64,000 nucleotides of DNA from Anthoceros angustus (lineage: Eukaryota; Plantae; Anthocerotophyta), in the NCBI GenBank assembly GCA_010909165.1, contig VJWM01000118.1:832470-896469 (forward strand). The letters are read 5' to 3'. A program made the position numbers and the translations under genes. Numbering within the stretch: position 1 is the stretch's first letter; each line of letters starts with the position of its first letter. Below the pieces are notes generated by a model. The model was not told the DNA's origin. It did not search any database and saw only the letters and a list, made by a program, of their open reading frames with translations. Of this stretch, positions 12,693-24,785 are shown piece by piece.

Positions 12693-12900
12693 TAGGCATG
12701 TGGAGTGACTTGCCACAATTCCACATAGATCATGTCAAAGGCTAGGCATGTGCATGGACTGCCACAATTCCAGAGAGATCATGTCAAAGGCTTGAATAGC
12801 AAGACATTGTTGTAAGGGTTGGGAACCATGTGCATTGCTGGTTGTTGCAGTTGTAAGGGTTGGGAACCATGTGTATTGCTGGTTGTTGCAATTGTAAGGG
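12693..12900. repeat. Two short tandem duplications: ~50 bp x2 (12693-12792) and 41 bp x2.2 (12810-12900)
   Basis: TAGGCATGTG at 12693 and 12743; TTGTAAGGG at 12810, 12851 and 12892. Confidence 0.85.
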
Positions 12901-13900
12901 TCGACGTGAGTACAATTTAGTGATAAAACATATGATAAAATATAATATATATATATATAAAATCACATCGGATAATATCTATGATTTTAGAATGAAAATA
13001 ATGAAAAATAAAATATAATAATACTTCTATAATTTCAATAACATCATAAATATAAGATTTGTATACATATACCTATTGATATCTTATAATAATATTCAGG
13101 TTAAACAGTGGCAAATACTCGTTGCCTAGCCATAAAAACATTAGGAGAATGAGACACCCTCAACATCTATATTACATCTAGAGAAATTGATGATCATATA
13201 TATAGAGAATATTAATAATACTTACAAGATATTTAAAACGTATAAATTGACATATATATAATTATATACATGTCAAATATTATATTATATACACATAAAT
13301 ATTATAGGACAACATGTGTGACTTCCATATGAAAAATAATCTATATTAAAAAATCATCATACGTATTTTATCTTGATAACGTGGATAAAATAAATTTATG
13401 AAAAAAAATTATGATTACCTTATAACAAACACGTCTCAAGAAGAACGTTCTTTCATGTAAGAACCTTAAAACATCTATAGAGGTATGAACATATGGTAAA
13501 TATATGGATTAAAAAGAATAATTTTATTGACCCTATATCAGAAAATTCAGCATGTTAGTATGAACTATATGCATATACAAGCAATGCAAATTTTGACATC
13601 TTAATCTAGTAGCAAAAATTATACATAAAACAATATGTGATGTATACTTTTACACATATATAGTATTCAATATACTAATATTCAGTTACTCATGGTTATT
13701 TTTGATATACATATGGACTCCATATTAACCATCAGATAATATGATATTAGACTCATATAAAAGTCATCGTGACTTAAGAAGTGTATTTATGCATACAATT
13801 CATATTATCACATACAAATGCCGTATCCTATAAATATGAAATCATTATAAAATAGTCTCACATTAGAATTATAGGAAAAGTACATGATAATTATAAACTA
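12900..13900. other. Strongly AT-rich non-coding tract
   Basis: Abrupt shift to AT-rich sequence with (TA)n runs and no ORFs in the track. Confidence 0.8.
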
Positions 13901-14646
13901 GAATACTATGGAGATTTTATGTTTTATATATATTGTGGATTCGGTATGGTCACGGTTTGAAAAACGTGGCCCTTCAGTTTTGTGGATGAGTTGCAGATGG
14001 AAAGGCTTCTCCATTCTCCACAGCGATGCGAAGTCCCTTGGCTTGTCTGGTAAAGTCTTCGTACATATTGATTGCCTCACCCATGATTGATTGATTCCCT
14101 CATCCATGATTGAGCAGTAGTGTTCATTCTTTATGCTTTTTGATTTCATGCAAGAGAATCCATGGAGGAGTCTTGGGAGAAGGCATGAGACGTGAGAGGT
14201 TATCGCCATTCACTCTTTTGCGGAGCCCTAAGTTGATCATTATTCATGATTAGTAATTATGATTATATGTTCACGAGTATATGATGGAACAGGGCAAGCC
14301 TCTTGGACTGTCCCGATGGCTAATTATGGAACATTGCAGACTTACTGTGGGCACAGTTCGATATGTGAGCTCATGGAAAGAAAGGTTTTTTTAGGGGTAC
14401 TTCTCATTTTTATGTGAAACGGCACAGTGCCTTCGAACTGCCATTGTGAAAGGCCTTTGAGGCACTTTGCACAGACATGTTCACCAAACTGTTGGCCACA
14501 AGCTTGCACTTCAGATTCATGGCTTGTATAAATGAAAGACGATGATCCCATCAAGAATTGCCACATTCAGCACGAGATCTAGCTGGAACGCTATTTCCTC
14601 ATGCCGGGTCCACAGTTCAGGTCTGCTACCTAGCTTTAGTCCTAGT

Positions 14647-14832
14647 GATTGCCATGCTGCTCCATCCTCCTACCCCCAGGCCCCACCTGTTGCTGAGCTG
14701 AAACTTGGGTTTGATCAATGTGATCCGGTAGAGGAGAAGATTGCCATGCTGCTCCATCCTCGTACCCCCAGGCCCCACCTGTTGCTGAGCTGAAACTTGG
14801 GTTTGATCAATGTGATCCGGTAGAGGAGAAGA
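14647..14832. repeat. 92-bp tandem duplication
   Basis: GATTGCCATGCTGCTCCATCC...GAGGAGAAGA occurs at 14647 and 14739. Confidence 0.92.
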
Positions 14833-15829
14833 TGAAGTTGGCATGTGCTGACCTGTTGTAGGTGAGTTGGAAGAGCTCCAGAAAGAATTTCTTGTGGTTG
14901 AAGGTAGCTAGGCTGGGATCCGGTTGAGCCCTGTTATTGCCAAGCCCAGCCCGCATCACTCGTTTTGACTAAGATTGTTTGAACAGATGTGCGAAGAAGC
15001 AAAGTGGTGGCCACAGGACGCTTGCCTGCTCAAGAGGGGAAAGTTTCTGGCATGGTAAGCTACCTTTCAAAGACCTACCTATGCTTTGTTAGCAACATTC
15101 ACATGCTTATTGTTTCCTGAAATCCTCTCTTCAGGCTGGGCACCTTGAGGATATTGTAGGAGACAAGATGTTCACGGCCTACACGCACTTTGGGCAGAGG
15201 TAATAGCTGACTCTCGTTTTGGGCCTCATGATAAATCATTCTTATTTTTTCATATACGGTATATATTTTTATACTGGTATATCCAATAAAACCCGTCAAC
15301 ACCAGTCACATATAAAGAAGAAACTTGGACAAAAGAAGTATGAATGACTAGACTTGATCAGCTATGTGCCTTAAGTAATACCTCTATCACATTGACAAAA
15401 CTTGTACTCATCGGCCAAACTTGCTTGAGAGCCATGGCGGGCAATAAGATTGAAAAACAATTGCTATGACCATAAAAGCAGCAGCAAGCAAGAGGAAGTG
15501 CGTGAATATTTCTGGATAAAACCTTCGCGTGCTAAAGAGCGAGCAAGATGCCCAGCTTTTAGCAATCCTTATACGCTTCTCACAACGCACAATGGTAGGG
15601 ATGCACACTGCACAATTCCATTTCACATGGCAGAGCTTCTGGGCGCGGATGGGGTATGCATGTGGGAGGATCGAAGGAGTCGAGGGTTTGATGTGAATGG
15701 GCGCCAAAAATTTCATCAGGGACCGGGAATCCGAGTCGGGCAGGGTTTTGGTAGGGTTTAACGAAGTCGATGCGAGCGCGAGTGCGGGAGCCCGGTGGAG
15801 GAAGGGAAGTGACATGAAGTGAGCGTTGC

Positions 15830-17806
15830 ATGTCGGCAGGCGGGCTGGGCAGAGTGTGCGGCGCTGTGCTGATGCCCCTTTGGCAGAGATGGCAGTCTCT
15901 GGGCCTGGGACCCGTGCTGGGCTACGGGTGTGTGGGGAAGGCGAGCGGGGCGGCCGAGTGCGGGGCTGTGGCCAGGGAGAGCGTGGCATGGCCGGCGTTT
16001 GTGCGGAGCCTGGCGAGTGCCGTGGAGCGGGAGAGGCAGGAGGCGACGAGCAAGGAGGATGTGGAGGCGGGGCTGCTGAGCACCAGCATCGGCATCGGCA
16101 GCGCTCCGACCAGGTCCAGCTTGGTGGAGCGGGACGCCGTGTCCTGGGCTCTGCGGGTCTACCTCTGTAAGCACAAGAATGTGGCGGCTGCGGACGCCGT
16201 GTGGATCGTGGAAGGCGCGCCGTTGTTCAGCAGGAAGCTGGTGGCGGCTGTGAAGGCGGGGATCCCGCCGGGGAGGTTAGGGCACACGAGCCATCTGAAC
16301 AAGGAGACGTGCCGGGAGCATGCGGAGAACATTTTCATGCGCGACGGCGTGAACGTGCTGGAACCGTTTCTGGAGAGCTTGGGAGTGGATGCGGAGGATT
16401 TCGAGGATCTGGCGGGCTCGGTGACGCTGGACCTGGCCGAGCTGGTGGCCAGCGTGAAGGTGCTGGAGGAGCTCGGGATCCAGAGGAAGCATATCTGGCG
16501 GCTGCTGGAGCGGGATCGGAAGCTGCTGAATTGCACGGCCGCGGATCTGGAGGTGGGAGTGAAGGCGCTGTCGGATCTAGGGTTTGCGCGGCGGGAGATC
16601 GGGGAGATCGCGTACAAGTGTCCCGCGCTGCTGCGGATAGGGTTGGCGGATGTGGCGGTGGAGCTGGATGAGGAGGACGGGGATGGAGGTGAGGAGGTGG
16701 TTGGGAAGGACGGGCTTGCTTTGGTGAGGAAGAATGTGCGGTATCTGAAGGAGGAGTTAGGGTTTTCCGGGAAGCAGATCATCAAGCTTGTGCAGAGCTA
16801 CACCAAGACGTCCAGGATTCTGTTCAGCGACATGGCCGTTGTGATGCAGCCGAATGTGCAGCTGTTGAGGGAGATCGGGTTGACGAATGAGAATATCCGG
16901 AGAGTGTTAGGGTATTCTCCGGCAGTGATGAACTTGACGCGGGACACCATCGCTGCCAAGATCCAGTATTTGGAGAGCTTGGGAGTGGACAGTGTCGGGA
17001 AGGTGATCACTCGGTTTCCTGCTATCCTGCAGTATAACATCAGCAGCAATGTGGAGCCGAAGATTGACTACTTGAAGAGCCTGGGAGTGAAGTCGTCGGG
17101 GTTGGGGAAGGTGCTGACGCAGTGTCCTTCCGTGCTGGGGTACAATCTTGATGGGAAGCTGAAGCAGACGGTATCGTTTCTCGAGAGCTTGGGGCTGAAG
17201 GGGGACAGGTTGGCCAGACTCATCGTGACCAAACCGCCGGTGCTTGCGTACTCGGTGGATGGAAGCTATGCGGAGACGCGGGAGTTTTTGATGAACCTAG
17301 GGTTGGAGCCGGGCACGAAGGCCATGGCCAGGGCCTTCGCTGCCTCCTTCAGCAGCTCTGTTGTGGCGATGCAGGCCCGCTTTGAGTTCTTTGTTGGCAG
17401 GGGCTTTCCGCGGGAGTGGGTGCGGGATATGCTCAGGGCTCAGCCGTCGCTGCTGTGTTTGAGCGAGAACAATCTTCTGTGTAAACTGAAATTTTTTGAA
17501 GGCGTGTTAGACCTGTCTGAGATGCCTCCATCCAGGGTCGCTATCTTCCTTTCCTTCGGCCTTGATACCAGGGTGAAGCCCAGGTTCAGAGTCATGTCAT
17601 GGCTTAAACAACATGGTCATCTGCCCATGAATTACCCCTTTCACCGCATGCTGGACGCGAGTGAACCCAAGTTCGCCAACAAGTATGTTGCGCCTTATCC
17701 TGGGGCTCTGGCAATTTTCCGGGAAGCATGTGGCAGTGGAGATCTCTTTTCACAGCAAGGTTGTGAGACGACTCAAGTGTCTTCCGACTCGGATCCTGTT
17801 CTATGA
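15830..17806 (+). CDS. mTERF family protein (organellar transcription termination factor family), intronless, 658 aa
   Basis: Intact ATG-initiated ORF with repeated mTERF motifs (YLESLGV..VGKVITRFPAILQYNI..NVEPKIDYLKSLGV; FLSFGLDTRVKPRF) and an N-terminus resembling a targeting peptide. Confidence 0.93.
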   Translation: MSAGGLGRVCGAVLMPLWQRWQSLGLGPVLGYGCVGKASGAAECGAVARESVAWPAFVRSLASAVERERQEATSKEDVEAGLLSTSIGIGSAPTRSSLVERDAVSWALRVYLCKHKNVAAADAVWIVEGAPLFSRKLVAAVKAGIPPGRLGHTSHLNKETCREHAENIFMRDGVNVLEPFLESLGVDAEDFEDLAGSVTLDLAELVASVKVLEELGIQRKHIWRLLERDRKLLNCTAADLEVGVKALSDLGFARREIGEIAYKCPALLRIGLADVAVELDEEDGDGGEEVVGKDGLALVRKNVRYLKEELGFSGKQIIKLVQSYTKTSRILFSDMAVVMQPNVQLLREIGLTNENIRRVLGYSPAVMNLTRDTIAAKIQYLESLGVDSVGKVITRFPAILQYNISSNVEPKIDYLKSLGVKSSGLGKVLTQCPSVLGYNLDGKLKQTVSFLESLGLKGDRLARLIVTKPPVLAYSVDGSYAETREFLMNLGLEPGTKAMARAFAASFSSSVVAMQARFEFFVGRGFPREWVRDMLRAQPSLLCLSENNLLCKLKFFEGVLDLSEMPPSRVAIFLSFGLDTRVKPRFRVMSWLKQHGHLPMNYPFHRMLDASEPKFANKYVAPYPGALAIFREACGSGDLFSQQGCETTQVSSDSDPVL

Positions 17807-18277
17807 CGTTTCCTAGCTCCTTATAGCACTTGTATAGCCGTAACAGAAATCTGCATACAGGCAAGCCATTCTCTCTTCGGTCATCTGCAGCAACCTAAAT
17901 CAGGAAGGGAAGGCCTTCCAAGTCACAGGCTCTTTAGAACAAGAACGTGCATAGCTTTCAAAGTTGCAGATGTTCCAATGTACAATATACAATTCATAAG
18001 GATGGACAGGAATCTACCGCTCACAAGCTGCTGGATTAAATCCACACAGGACAGCGTGTTTATGTATCAAGACAAGTCCACGGCCTCAGACAAGAGTAGC
18101 TAGTGCGACCTCTCCCGGTGTTAGACTACGGAAACAATCCTCCGTATTTCTTGTTCATCTCGCTAATGTACATGATCTCTGCCAAAAATGACCGGAGCCC
18201 GCGATAAGCGAGGAGCTCAGGGGGTTTTCCAACAATCGCTCCTGCTCCAAACTGCGAACCGACCTAATTGCAGTAGA

Positions 18278-21200
18278 TTATGTACAGCCTCCAGTATCGA
18301 CAGCTCCGCCATGCCGCCTCTCCTTCTTAACTCTGGTTTCCTTGGGGTCGAAGCCGCCTTCAGATGCACCATACACAGCCCAGTCTGGTGTGGGAGCCAT
18401 GTAGTCTTCACTACTGAAGGACTCCCCCGATGACACCTAGCACAAACATCGCATGCACTTGTGTCAGAAGAAAGACCCGCACGTTATCACGTGTTAGCGC
18501 GTCTTGCAACAGGTTGATTGTAGTTACCAAGTCATGGAACTTTTCGTAGTCAATCCAGGTGTGCCACTTTCCCCCAACTCTGAACTTGGACTCCTTGGCC
18601 AGCAGCACACAGCAGGAATGAACATGCTCGCAAGCTAGTCCATATTGTCCACCTGATTCAGTAAGCAGAGATTCTGCAAATGCTTTGACGTCTTCATGCC
18701 AAGGGACGTTCTCCATGGTCAAGGAGGAAGTTGCAGTTCTGGATAGGACGACAGAGTGATGCATCAGAATCGGAACATCTTCGAAGGATGCAATAGGTTG
18801 ACAAGACCAGCACTTACGAGCCACAATACGTCACACCCTTGATCTCTATGAAGTCAGGTTCACCGAGCTGAAGGAGGTCGGCATAAGCCTTCACTTCTTC
18901 AGTGTTCCAGCCTTTGACTAGGGTTAGTCGGTAAACGGTTCTCTGCTTTTTGTCCCGAAGAGACCGCAAAGAGTCCTGTGGTTGTGCAACAGCGAGCATT
19001 AGCCAGTCATCTTACACGCTTCATCACCAGTCGACAACAGGACATGACACAAATTCAACAACCTCCTAGACCACGTACCGTGAAACGCTCCCAAAAGTCT
19101 GCAAACAGAGGTCTGTCTATTGCTTTCAACCTTTCCTTAGTTCCTGCATCAACACTTACATACAGCTGGCATAACCACATAATGACATTGTTAGTCATAT
19201 CTTCACTGCAGCTCCACACAGCAAGCCGTCGAGAGATGGCAGACCACCAGTTTACCTGAGTTATTGGATCTAGCAACAAGATACGATCAGGGAACTGAGC
19301 ATTGGTGACCAAGAAAGTCGAAATTCTTCGCCTGTGAAGTTCTCCAACTAGCTTGTTAATCTCAGGGTACATAATTGGCTCTCCAACTAGTGACAGTGCA
19401 CAATGCACAGGTGCCATCCCCTCTGCTATGCGCTCCGGTTTCACACCTGTGACAGAGGCAAACTGCTAAGCATGCCTGCCATACATCCATACATCCTATT
19501 TCTACATCAACCATACCACCCAGAACCCTTCATACCTGGAACTCCCTTCATCTGCTTTATCATCCGTACATGCTGATCGATTGCTGAGTTTACTATTTCT
19601 AGAGGATCATCCATCTTCCAACGCCAAGACCGTCCGACAGGGTTTGTATGGTGTCTCCAGCAGAAAACACATTTGTTTGCACACGCTAAACTTGGAGTTG
19701 TTTCCATACACCTGATAGAAATGCCATTAGTTAGGAAATAGAAGCACCTCTTCAGCTCAACAACCAGAAAATCCATGAGCAGTGGTTCACCAGCTTGCTG
19801 AAAGAAAAAACATGCCACTGACCGGTGGCTTTCAATTCCATAAAAAGAATGCTTGTAGCAGCCACCACGGCCACGAAGCTGTGATTTTGTCCAACGACAG
19901 ACCTTGACTCCACTGTGTGAGCCAATGACTTTGTATCCCTGCAGTCAGAAATGAAAGGTAGTTGAGAAGCAGATTACAGTAACTGGTCACCACTTTGATG
20001 ACTTGAAGAAAGGATAAGCTCTACCTGCTTCTCCAGGCTTGCGCGTATCACGGGAGTAACCATTTCCTTTGCAACATCGTTGTTTGCTTTACTCACAGAA
20101 GAGACCGTGGTCTTCAGGCTAACTTCATAGACTGAGTTCTTGCCAACATTTTTCCTCACAATACCCCGTTGCTTGGTTGGACCCTCAACTGACTTTGAGA
20201 ACTTGCCGGCTAGATCCTCCACGTCAACCAAGCTGGAGCCTACACTCTGCTTGTCATCCACCTCTTCGTCGTCGCTGGTCACATAACTCTCCTCCTCCTC
20301 GGCAGACTGGAGAGAATCTGCAGTGGCAGTGCTGTAATTGGAGTCCTTGAGATCCTCAGCTCCATTGTGTTGGAGCTCCTGCAGGAGATCATGAGCCCAT
20401 GATGCAAACACTTCCTCCACATTGCCTTCATCTTGATCTCCCTCTCCAAGTTTCACAACCCGGATGGCACCAAGCTTAGACATGTTTTCATCAACAATTT
20501 TGCCCACTGCATTGAACGTCGAGCCATAAGCACTGCTCCCGACCCCGAACACAGCATACCTGCCAAGAAACACAGGACTGAAAGTCAGCAACTGAACACT
20601 CAAGAACCTTTTATGACACCAAAACCTTACGACAAAGTTCTAGGTCTCGGTCCAGGTGTAGGAAGAGTAAAACCTGCACTCACACAGCAGGCCTGAGCCA
20701 ACTCTGAAGTCCTTTGCACTCTCCTCAAGCCAATTGGCCAGAAATGCTGCATTCTTCGGGGCCCTACCATCCTCCCAGGTAGACGTGACAAAGATCACCA
20801 AAGTCTCCTTCGGCAGGTCCTCGGGTTCATACACCGCCGCATTCACCAGCTCCACTGGAAAATCCTGATCCAACAGCTGCTGATACAGCTTCTCAGCTAG
20901 CCGCTGAGCTGTGCCCGTCTCCGACCCGAACAAAACTTTCGTCCTGGAATGCTCATCCTTCACACTCAGGTAACCATCCAACAATTCAGTCGGCACCGCA
21001 GCATAAGACAACCCAGCCTCCGTCCTGCAACATCCTGCACCGCAGCTCTCCGCCTGCTCCTCTGCTTCACCACCGCTTCCACCAACCCTACTAGACGAGC
21101 TCTCAGACCTTTGATCCCGCTTACGAGGCGGCACGACGTACTCACCCTCATCTTCCGACCGGCTCAAAATGTCCACTACCTTAACCTGCTGCCCAATGGG

Positions 21201-21585
21201 GCTATCCCACTCGTACTCGTCGTCGTCTGCATAATTCCCCTGGTAGCTGCCGGAAACGCGCGTTACCCCATTCCCATTCGCTGGCCCTGCGGACGCCCTA
21301 CAGCAGCAAGAACCCCCGACATCCGGAGCTGCCTTCTTGCAACACTCTCCCGTGGCTGCTGGCTCTTCCGCATGATCCTCAGTCAACTCTCCCCGCTCCT
21401 TCTGCTCCTTCTCCTCCTTCTCCTCTTCCGACTGCTTTTTCTGCGGGTCTTCCTGCACCTCGATCGGCCTGCTTAATAGCCAGCGGAGCAACCTTCCGGT
21501 ACCGCACCACAGCCCAGATTGAAACAGAAACCGCCACGATCGAGGCGCATTTCAGCACGGTCAGGGTGGCGGACCGCATCGTCAT
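18278..21585 (-). CDS. TYW1: tRNA wybutosine synthase TYW1 (flavodoxin plus radical SAM), 9 exons
   Basis: N-terminal hydrophobic anchor. Flavodoxin KVLFGSETGTAQRLA...FVTSTWEDG. GYKVIGSHSGVKVCRWTK. CxxxCxxC motif CANKCVFCWRHHTNPVG. ALSLVGEPIMYP, TFLVTNAQFP, PDFIEIKGVTYCG, WHTWIDYEKF and YMAPTPDWAVYG. Stop TAA at 18278-18280. One 1-bp frameshift near 21490 is probably an error. Confidence 0.96.
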
Positions 21586-22005
21586 GCTCTCAGCAGCAAT
21601 GGCGGGCCTTCCATGCAGCTAGTCTGTGAAGCACCGCCTGCACAGTGTGAACACTACTGAGCCAGAAAAGAGCCAGTGGATCAAACCAGATCCTCAAGAA
21701 CGCGCAAGCATTCAGCGTTCCGGCTGATGAGAACTGGAAATCCTTACCAGAAACAGAATGAGGAAAATCGCTTCATTGAGAGAGATTCAGACACTCAAGT
21801 CTCAGCGTATATGTAGAGTCTCGCGGCTGGGAATCAGCACCGATCCCTTTGCGCGGGGAAGATCATACACACAGCTTACATCGGAACTTAGGGTAACCTC
21901 AGTGGAGTGTGCGGAGCCGGTGGACATGGATTCATGACCGTCCACGATCGGTTTCCACATCCATGTACACATTAATGTGATTAGACTTAGGATGGGTGAA
22001 CTTAA

Positions 22006-23476
22006 CTACAGCCGAACTCGAGGGTTGGTTGAGCTCGGTTCTCGGGCCCTTGGGCCGCAACCAGGCTCACCATGACGAGAATCCGGCGCTGGATTGATGG
22101 AGAGCTTCGCTGCCAGGACGGTGGAGGAAGGCGAGAGACAGGCGTGCTTGCTTGGAGTTGGACACCACACGATGTTTCGGACTCGCTATGCGGCCATCTG
22201 TGACGGCCTGGGAGCAACAACATTGCAAATTACACTGTGTTGGAAGCTGGAACAAGGATTTTGGAACAAGGTGAAAGAAATGGAAGACTGGATCCGAGGA
22301 TGATGTGATGGTTGAAGGTTTTGGAGGGATGGAAAACAGTGGAGAATTCTTGCACCTGAAGGATGTCTCCCGCGGCAATCAGAAAGGCGTCGGGGAGAGG
22401 TTTGATTCCCTGCCATTTGCCGTTCTTGAGGATTTGGAGCCCACCGATGAGGTCCTGATACACCAGGGAGAGAAGCACGCGGTCAGTGTGAGGCCTGTTT
22501 GAAATGGTCTGCTCCGGCTGTGGAGATTTGCGGTAGTAGCTCCAGCGGAGGAGAGACGCGCCGCCGACAGGGATGATCTCCTCATTGTCCTGTGTGAAGG
22601 TGGAGGAAGGATGTTTAGGCTCTCGGAGATGAGCTCCAGGAGCGCGGCTGCCTTGGCCTCGGACGCGAGGATGTAGCGCTTCATGAGAATGGCCATCCAG
22701 GATGCGTCCTCTGGCCCTCTGCCGATGAGCGGAGCAATGGCGTCTACCATAGCCGGCGTGGACTGCACCGTGAAGCTTTCTTGCCAGATCCGGGCTGCAT
22801 CGTTCTGTCTGTCCACTTGCTGCATGTATCCCAGGGGCGGGCCTGGTGGAATGTGTGCTTTCTTCTTCTCCTGCGCAGAATAACTGAAGGTTAGAGATCA
22901 AGACTGGACTCTAGAGCAATGCAGCGAGATTGTTCTGTGCAGGCACCTCGATCGGCTTGTCGAAGAAGGCACGAGCCACGGTTTCCAAGTTGTAAACCAG
23001 ATCGAGTGCAAATTTGTGGTTGACGACCTGGAAGAATCCATACTCCTCCAGCGCGAAGCGGATGGTGTTCAACAATCTTTTCTTCTTCGCCTGGAGCTCG
23101 GCGCTGTTGCGTCGCATCTCCATCGCAGTCTCTCCATTTGGTGGAAGGCGTTCGAGCTGATGCTGGAGGTTAGTCAGCTGGTACATGACGTCCAGATCGA
23201 CGACGGGCATCTCCATCGGGAAGGCATGGTGCTGGTGCTGGAGCTCGGACTCTGCAGGAATGGCCGCTGCCACCTCCTTGCTGGAAAAGCGAGTGCAACA
23301 GCGAGGCAGGGACCTGTAGCCAGGCCCTTGTTGTGCCAGCTCCCCTTGAGCTTGTCCATGCGGCCGGGATTATTCGACAACATGGAAGATAGCGGTAGGA
23401 CTCTGCGGGGAGCCGTAGTAGGCATAGCTGGCGTGAGGAAGCGGACCTTGTCCGCAACGGCTGCGGTGGCGGCCAT
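22006..23476 (-). CDS. 2-oxoglutarate/Fe(II)-dependent dioxygenase (DIOX_N plus 2OG-FeII_Oxy), with introns and several 1-bp frameshifts
   Basis: PVVDL...ALEEYGFFQVVNH, WQESF, HxD motif PHTD, YQDLIGGLQILKNGKWQGIKPLPDAFLIAAGDILQ, distal His in ASPKHRVV and RxS motif in RLSLAF. The start and stop codons are inferred across frameshifts. Confidence 0.85.
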
Positions 23477-24785
23477 GGCTGGTCGCACAAGAGAGACTGA
23501 CTCTACTAGGAGCATGCAGTTTATGAGCAGGCAATAGAGTTATGACCAATAGAGTTATGGCCCCGAGCTGCGAGTCTTTAAAGGAATCCATGGATTCCGT
23601 GGCTTCAAGAGCGTTTGCCAGTCTCCACTGACCGCTTCTGCCGTTGGATGCTCCTTCAAGTGTTTGATGCCTTTCAAATGCTTCAAGAGCGGTTGCCAAT
23701 CTGCACTGAGCGCGGCTGCCATTGGACGCTCCCTCCGTTGTTTGATGCCTTTTGCTTCTCCTTTCGCGACAAACGTGATTGAATTGTTTGCTGCCTTTCT
23801 GCTGCTCACCCGTCTTCCAGGCTCCAGCCTCGCGTGTCGCCTGCAGAAGTTAGTATTTTATTACTATTGTATTATCGTCCACACTGTATGTATGTAGTTG
23901 TTTGTGTCGGTAATACAGCGTGGAGCTGTGAATGCAGCATTACGCTTCGGCCTGTCCTTCACTCCAGCTTACGCCCGTCCATTACTCTGCAGCTTACGCG
24001 CACGCGCCACTTTACGCTGCCCCCACGCTGCAGTTCAGCTTTAAATGCAGGCTGCTCAGGTGCATTTCGCCCCTTCACGTTTGCTTTCTCGCTTTCTGCA
24101 TTGCGATTGTGACGCCCTGGGAGTTCGAGCATATCGCCGGTCTGTCTCCGGCTTCATCTGGTTGGATCAGTGGGAGTGGTGGAGACTGGATTGCCATGTT
24201 CATGGCTGGATGATTTCGTGAGGTAGGCACCGGTAAATTTTGCTCCAGTTCAGTTGCGTCCACCACCCCGTTTGTGCCAACTGCATTTCTCTCCGTGGGC
24301 CTCCACATTGCGTAGCAGCACTTTACAGTTTGCAACTTTTTCGCTTTGCTGCGCTTTTGAGACAACCAGCGGTGTGGATGCAGGGTGCTGTCGTGATGCC
24401 GTAAGCATTTTCCCTTCATCGGTAGGTTCTCAGCTTGTGGCGGAGGATACCAGTGTCGGAATTGTGCTTGGAACATTTGCAGTCAGCGGATTCTCTAGTT
24501 ATCTTTGACTATCTGTGCTTCTCTGCCTGCAGGGGCTTAAGGAAGGGAGCAGTACTGTCTGATACATATTGTGAAGCTTGCGCACTTTCTTGTTCTGCAA
24601 TTAGCTTAGAAGAAGGTACGGGCCTTTGTTATCCAGGGCTGTAACAAGCAATTAGTCTCAGGACTCTGTTGTTATTCTTCTCAGCTGTGAAAGAGCAATG
24701 ACGGCGCCACTGGCTTTGGTCTTCGCTGATGAGATACTCGTGGGTTGTTCTTCTCTGTGTCTAGAGTAAGTTCTTTGAGCAATTG

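Noticed and set aside
13900-15300. Short ORFs with a possible zinc-finger-like HVCAKCL motif
   Set aside because: There is no complete ligand pattern or consistent exon structure; it may be further decayed fragments but cannot be assigned.
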